Shown one piece after another: positions 59,085 through 64,000 of a stretch of 64,000 bases of DNA (the first letter of the stretch is position 1; each line of letters begins with the position of its first letter). The stretch lies in NCBI GenBank assembly GCA_019058315.1, contig JAHPZH010000001.1, positions 881,432-945,431 on the forward strand. Reading direction: 5' to 3'. Made by a program: the position numbers and the translations under genes. The stretch comes from Candidatus Helarchaeota archaeon (lineage in GTDB: Archaea > Asgardarchaeota > Lokiarchaeia > Helarchaeales > RDOG01). The notes beneath the pieces were generated by a model. That model ran no database searches. It was not told the origin of the DNA and was given only the letters and a program-made list of their open reading frames with translations.

Positions 59085-59822
59085 TTGGTGGTTTTAATCA
59101 CATCAAAAATCAAATGTATAGGTTTTGACTTATATTCAACTCTAATTAATACTGATGACCATAATTGGGATGAAATGATAAAAGTTGTTTTTCCTATCAT
59201 TCAAAATCTTGGGTATAAAGATACATTCGATAGTTTTTTAAAAATACAGAATGAAATATATTGGAAATGGAGAGATTATAGAGAAAAAAATTATGTTGAA
59301 GTAGACAATAGGATTTGGTGGAGAGAAACTCTCGAAGCATTAGATGTTAAGTTTAATGATGATGATATTTCCAAAATCATCATAGTAAGCCATAACAAAT
59401 GGAGAACTCAGATAAAATTATACCCCAAAGTAAAAGAATTGCTATCAGATTTAAAAAAAAGTTATAAACTCGCCTTAATTTCCAATATTTCAACAGGAGA
59501 CCTGTCCAGGGGGGATATGGAAATATTTGGGATATTGGATCTATTTGATATTGTAGTTATGTCTTCAGATTTAGAAATAAGAAAACCATCTCCTAAAATC
59601 TTTGAATATGTGTTAGAAAAATTAAATATTAAAAAAGATGAAATGATTTTTATTGGGGACACTTTGTATGATGATATACAAGGTGCTAAAAATGCAGGTT
59701 TACTTATGGCAATTCATATAAAAAGAAATAGGTCATATTACTTTCCTGATTATTATATTAAACCTGACAAGACAGTTAATAACTTGCAAGAAATTTATAA
59801 GATATTGGATTTAGTAAAATAA
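59085..59822 (+). CDS. HAD-superfamily hydrolase
   Basis: FDLYSTL, ISN, RKPSP, IGDTLYDDIQGAKNAG. Confidence 0.9.
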   Translation: MVVLITSKIKCIGFDLYSTLINTDDHNWDEMIKVVFPIIQNLGYKDTFDSFLKIQNEIYWKWRDYREKNYVEVDNRIWWRETLEALDVKFNDDDISKIIIVSHNKWRTQIKLYPKVKELLSDLKKSYKLALISNISTGDLSRGDMEIFGILDLFDIVVMSSDLEIRKPSPKIFEYVLEKLNIKKDEMIFIGDTLYDDIQGAKNAGLLMAIHIKRNRSYYFPDYYIKPDKTVNNLQEIYKILDLVK

Positions 59823-59951
59823 GTATGAAAAAAAACAGAATTATTTAAGAAATCTGTTGTTGTTAGAAGAATAAAGAAGTTTTTGGCTCTTACTTGATTG
59901 AAAATTTGGAATTGTAATACATGAAACGGATTTTGTTTGATAAGCTTAGCT

Positions 59952-61046
59952 TTAGTTTATACGTACCGGGAAACCTAAGTTATCTTCCCAATAATACGTT
60001 TTTTTATAAGTAAGAACTATTAGGATAAGTGTTATTATTGCCAATATAAGATGTGGAGAAATTAAAATTATATTTTTCTGATAACGATCTAACCTACACA
60101 AAGTCATAAAAATAGCACTAATAAAAGCTTGCTCGGGGGGAGGTGGAACATCAAATCCTAAATTTGCAAGAAAACCGAACCAATATAAAAATTCATTTGG
60201 AAGTTCATTTATTTTTATCAAAATTTGAATTAGCCCAAACATATTTAATGTACTAAAAAAAATGCTTGCACAAAGCCCTAATCCAAAACCAACCTTTTTT
60301 AGGCTATTATATTTTTGTATTCCATAAATTATAAAACAAATACTTGAGTTTATTAAGGCGATTATCCCAATAATATATGAAAATCCAATAAACTCTAATA
60401 AATTAAAAGTAAAACTATACCCACCATCATCTCCACTATGTCTAGTAGGAAATCTTATTATAAAATGTTCAGGTAACCATAATGAGGGTATAAAAATTAT
60501 TATTAAAGAGATGATAAAAATTATTGATCCAAAGATTAATGCCAAATTAAAAGGAGCATCCGCTTCATTTTTTGAAGAAAATCTAGATTTATCTATTTTA
60601 ATTAAATTAATTTTATGAGCGTGATGTATAACAACTATTAATGTAATTAGATTAAGTACGAAATGAACTAAAAGCCAAACTAAATCTATTATATATTCTT
60701 GAATTTTTTGTACATAAATTAGACCATAAATGTCGAGTATAATTAACAATAGACTTGAAACAAGGCTTAAAACAAATGCAACACTTTTTACTTTTTCATC
60801 CTCTTTCACACTTTTAACAAAGTAAAATATACTAGCAAATATTAAAAGTATTAATCCAAGAATAGTTAATATTCGAGGAATATCTTTAAGCTCAAAATGA
60901 TGACGAGTATATGAAAAATAATCACCAGTATATGCAAATGACCACCAAAATTTCGGTATAATTAATTTAATCAAAAAAATAATAAAGATTAGTATTCCGA
61001 TTTTTAAACAATTTTTATCTAGTACTTTAATATTCATTTTACTCAT
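59952..61046 (-). CDS. multi-pass membrane protein with two homologous halves
   Basis: IIPKFWW...KVKSVAFVLSL...HFVLNLITLIV versus FIPSLWL...SLKKVGFGLGL...HLILAIITLIL. Confidence 0.65.
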   Translation of the reverse strand: MSKMNIKVLDKNCLKIGILIFIIFLIKLIIPKFWWSFAYTGDYFSYTRHHFELKDIPRILTILGLILLIFASIFYFVKSVKEDEKVKSVAFVLSLVSSLLLIILDIYGLIYVQKIQEYIIDLVWLLVHFVLNLITLIVVIHHAHKINLIKIDKSRFSSKNEADAPFNLALIFGSIIFIISLIIIFIPSLWLPEHFIIRFPTRHSGDDGGYSFTFNLLEFIGFSYIIGIIALINSSICFIIYGIQKYNSLKKVGFGLGLCASIFFSTLNMFGLIQILIKINELPNEFLYWFGFLANLGFDVPPPPEQAFISAIFMTLCRLDRYQKNIILISPHLILAIITLILIVLTYKKTYYWEDNLGFPVRIN

Positions 61047-61262
61047 TTTATTACAATAATTAATAATCTTTTTCTGTATTATTATACTACAACAATACTA
61101 TTTAAATATTGTTATGAGAAATAATTTAGTGTGAAAGAATAATTACCCAATCAATTTTTATCAGAAAATACTTAATGAAATGTGAAAGAGGTTTATATTA
61201 GATCTCTTTTTTAGAACTGTTAAAGATTAAAAACAAGTAAAACTGGATTAAATTTTATAAAG

Positions 61263-62738
61263 ATGATTTTAATGGCTTTAATTGATGAATTACAGAAAAT
61301 TGTCGGAGAAGATTGGGTAACTAATCGCCCGGAAGAATTAATAATTTATAGTAAAGATATGACAGAAAATGAACCTTGTAAACCAGATGTTGTGGTCATG
61401 CCAAAATCGGCAGAAGAAGTTCAAAAAATAGTCATATTAGCAAATGAGAAAAAAATTCCAATAACTCCATATGTTGCAGGAGCTAATGTTGGCGGACTTG
61501 CAATCCCTACAAAAGGTGGAATCCTTATTGATCTTAAACGTATGGATCAAATCCTCGAGGTTGATGAATCTAATATGTATGCAGTAATAGAACCTGGGGT
61601 CACTTTTGGCCTTCTTAAAAAATTATTGGATGATGAATATCCTCAACTTCGTTATTCTTATCCACTAGCACCACCATATACTTCAGTAGTTTGTAATGCA
61701 CTTTTATCAGGATTAGGAAATCTCAGTGTTCGTTATGGTTCGATGTCTGATATGGTTTCAGGACTAGAAGTTGTGTTACCTACCGGAGAAGTTACAAAAA
61801 TTGGTGTGTGTGCCGTTTCACCATATTGGATTGGAAAACATCCATTACCTGATTTAATGGGATTATTTATTAATTGGCAGGGAACTACAGGTATCGTTAC
61901 AAAAATGGGGATTAATTTATGGCCAAAACCTCCAATAGTGAAAAATGCAGTAATTCTAACTATGGGTGGCCCAGAAGATATTTACACTAGTCTAATTTTC
62001 AAGCTCGTGCATCTTCAGGTTTGTGATGAAATAGCTGGAGGATTGTTTCATTACGAAATGAGCCGAGGTATGCTTCCTGTAGATGATATAAAGGGTATGA
62101 TTACAGCGATTGTTAAAGTAGATGATATGGAAAACCGTTCCTTTTTTTTGACTCAACTAACGGTTAGTGCAAATGATGATAAAGAACTTAAACAAAAATT
62201 TAAATTAATTAACAAATTAGTTAACGAAACAAATAAAAATGAAGGTAGACAACTATTTTTATTTAAAACAGATGATCTTGCTGATATTGGGAAAAAAATA
62301 GATAATTTTATGGAGCTCCCCTCCCAAATTCCATCATTATATGATATCAGAGCAGGAGGAGGATTGACTTGGGTTGGTTCTTATGTTCCTTTAAATCGAT
62401 GGCTTGAAGGGTGTCAACGTGGTCTTAAAGTGATGGAAAAATATGGATGGGTTCCCGGTGTCCTCCATCGTCCTATGAAAACAGGGCATTATAGCGTAAT
62501 GAGGTTTTTTATTCCTTTAAACAAATCTGATCCAGAAGAATTAAAAAAAGCTAGAAAGATGTGTGAAGAGATTGTAGATATTGTATTAGATATCGGGGGT
62601 TTTCCTTATAAAGTTCCAACCTGGGCTGCAAAAAAAGCATTTGAAAAAACGGATCCAAATTTTGTTGGATTAATGAAGAAAATAAAGAATCTATTGGATC
62701 CAAATGGAATAATGAACCCTGGGAGACTAATATTTTAG
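61263..62738 (+). CDS. FAD-binding oxidoreductase (VAO/PCMH family)
   Basis: PDVVVMP, IEPGVT, GLEVVLPTG, GTTGIVTK, DPNGIMNPGR. Confidence 0.9.
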   Translation: MILMALIDELQKIVGEDWVTNRPEELIIYSKDMTENEPCKPDVVVMPKSAEEVQKIVILANEKKIPITPYVAGANVGGLAIPTKGGILIDLKRMDQILEVDESNMYAVIEPGVTFGLLKKLLDDEYPQLRYSYPLAPPYTSVVCNALLSGLGNLSVRYGSMSDMVSGLEVVLPTGEVTKIGVCAVSPYWIGKHPLPDLMGLFINWQGTTGIVTKMGINLWPKPPIVKNAVILTMGGPEDIYTSLIFKLVHLQVCDEIAGGLFHYEMSRGMLPVDDIKGMITAIVKVDDMENRSFFLTQLTVSANDDKELKQKFKLINKLVNETNKNEGRQLFLFKTDDLADIGKKIDNFMELPSQIPSLYDIRAGGGLTWVGSYVPLNRWLEGCQRGLKVMEKYGWVPGVLHRPMKTGHYSVMRFFIPLNKSDPEELKKARKMCEEIVDIVLDIGGFPYKVPTWAAKKAFEKTDPNFVGLMKKIKNLLDPNGIMNPGRLIF

Positions 62739-62748
62739 GGGTGAGATT

Positions 62749-63885
62749 ATGGATCTAAAAGATTTAAAAGACTGGCTTTATAGATGTCCAAAATGTAATT
62801 CTTGTAAATATTTATATAAGGATTATAATAAATCTTGTCCATCTGGAGAAAAATTCCGTTGGGAAACTTATTGGGGCTCTGGAAGGGTTTGGATGGCATA
62901 TGCACTTAAAAATGGAGAGCTTGAATGGAGCGATTCGATAATAAAAGCTATATTTGCATGTCCTACTTGCGGAAATTGTGCTGAACAATGTGAGCAAGAA
63001 ATAAAAGACCATTTAATCGACATTTTCGAAGCTTTAAGAGCAGAAGCTGTAAAATCTGGTTATGGTCCTATGCCTGAACAGAAAATGTATGCACAATTTG
63101 CTGCAGAAAAACATAATCCATATAATGAAAAACATGAAGAAAGAACCAGCTGGATGCCAAATCCAATTACGATGAAAGATAATGCTGAAATCCTATATTT
63201 TGTAGGTTGTACTTCTTCCTATCGGGAAAAAGAGATTGCAAATGCAACTCTTGAAATTTTAAAAAAATTGAATCTTGATTTTACAGTATCGAAAGATGAA
63301 TGGTGTTGTGGATCTCCACTATTGAGGACTGGACAAATAGAGGATGTAAAAAATTTAATAGAACATAATATTGAACTCTTTAAAAAAATGGGGATTAAAA
63401 AGATAATTACGTCATGTGCAGGATGCTTTAGAACTTTAAATAAGGACTACACAGATTTGAAAGATTTAGGAATTGAAATTCAACATATATCTGACTTTCT
63501 ACTTGAAAAACTAAAAGATGCCGACTTAAAGGAGATGGGTGTAAAAGTTACGTATCATGATCCCTGTCATATTGGCCGGCATTCGGGAATATTTGACACA
63601 CCAAGAGATTTAATAAAAAGTATCCCCGGAGTAGATCTTGTAGAAATGAAAAGAATTCGTGAGAATGCTTGGTGTTGTGGTGCTGGGGGAGGTGTCAAAT
63701 CAGCATTTAAAGATTGGGCTGTTGAAATTGCAATTGAAAGAATTAAAGAAGCAGAGGAAACTGGTGCAAGTATTCTACTATCATCATGTCCATTCTGTCA
63801 CAGAAATTTGAATGATGCAATTAAAAAATCTGGTTCCAAAATGAAAATGATAGATATTGTAGAATTATTGCAAGAACAAATTTAA
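62749..63885 (+). CDS. Fe-S oxidoreductase with CCG domains (HdrD/GlcF-like)
   Basis: CPKCNSC, CPTCGNCAEQC, WCCG, YHDPCHIGR, CCGAGGG. Confidence 0.9.
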   Translation: MDLKDLKDWLYRCPKCNSCKYLYKDYNKSCPSGEKFRWETYWGSGRVWMAYALKNGELEWSDSIIKAIFACPTCGNCAEQCEQEIKDHLIDIFEALRAEAVKSGYGPMPEQKMYAQFAAEKHNPYNEKHEERTSWMPNPITMKDNAEILYFVGCTSSYREKEIANATLEILKKLNLDFTVSKDEWCCGSPLLRTGQIEDVKNLIEHNIELFKKMGIKKIITSCAGCFRTLNKDYTDLKDLGIEIQHISDFLLEKLKDADLKEMGVKVTYHDPCHIGRHSGIFDTPRDLIKSIPGVDLVEMKRIRENAWCCGAGGGVKSAFKDWAVEIAIERIKEAEETGASILLSSCPFCHRNLNDAIKKSGSKMKMIDIVELLQEQI

Positions 63886-64000
63886 TTTTTTATTTTTTGT
63901 TTAGTGAATTTATTTGAATCAAACAACCAGTAATAGCAATGAACAAAAAGATAAACAAGTAGAAACAAGTAACAATACATTTTGGATGCCTACTGGGAGA

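Noticed and set aside
1515-63012. Short ORFs nested in or antisense to long genes (e.g. 1515-1793, 5555-5818, 30627-31022, 51632-52096, 57053-57409, 58812-59075)
   Set aside because: They overlap well-supported genes and show no motifs; these are expected shadow frames.
18478-63885. Selenocysteine/pyrrolysine readthrough in the Fe-S and Hdr-like genes
   Set aside because: These ORFs appear full length with Cys at the motif positions; I saw no in-frame TGA/TAG interrupting homology.
63915-64000. Possible 3' end of a minus-strand membrane protein gene
   Set aside because: Two frames are open and the fragment is too short to assign.

Overview
AT-rich chromosomal window, most likely from an Asgard archaeon (Lokiarchaeia/Helarchaeales-like). 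This is inferred from longin-like fusions, a PCI-like protein, an E2F/DP-like winged helix, PINA, and archaeal TATA/SD signals. Most of it is metabolic or housekeeping: an IDH/IPMDH-family dehydrogenase, gpmA, glmM, glmS, a second phosphohexomutase, FAD/CCG oxidoreductase modules, a GltD/SudA-like flavoprotein, a tungsten AOR operon, two MFS transporters and hydrolases. I saw no rRNA, canonical tRNA, CRISPR array or transposase. Four observations stand out. (1) Two tandem, homologous ~200-nt structured non-coding RNAs (8036-8241 and 8366-8563, minus strand) each have their own TATA box, a tRNA-like closing stem ending ACCA/ACCC and a covarying pseudoknot; they lie directly upstream of a DIP1984/DUF6847-like helical protein, forming a candidate undescribed RNP system. 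(2) A compact E2F/DP-like transcription factor is present (48270-48776). (3) Near-cognate start codons recur, most clearly an ACG start required for glmS. (4) Three tandem TrmB-like proteins carry 4, 3 and 2 inactive PLD-like domains. All family calls come from reading motifs by eye; no searches or folding programs were run.
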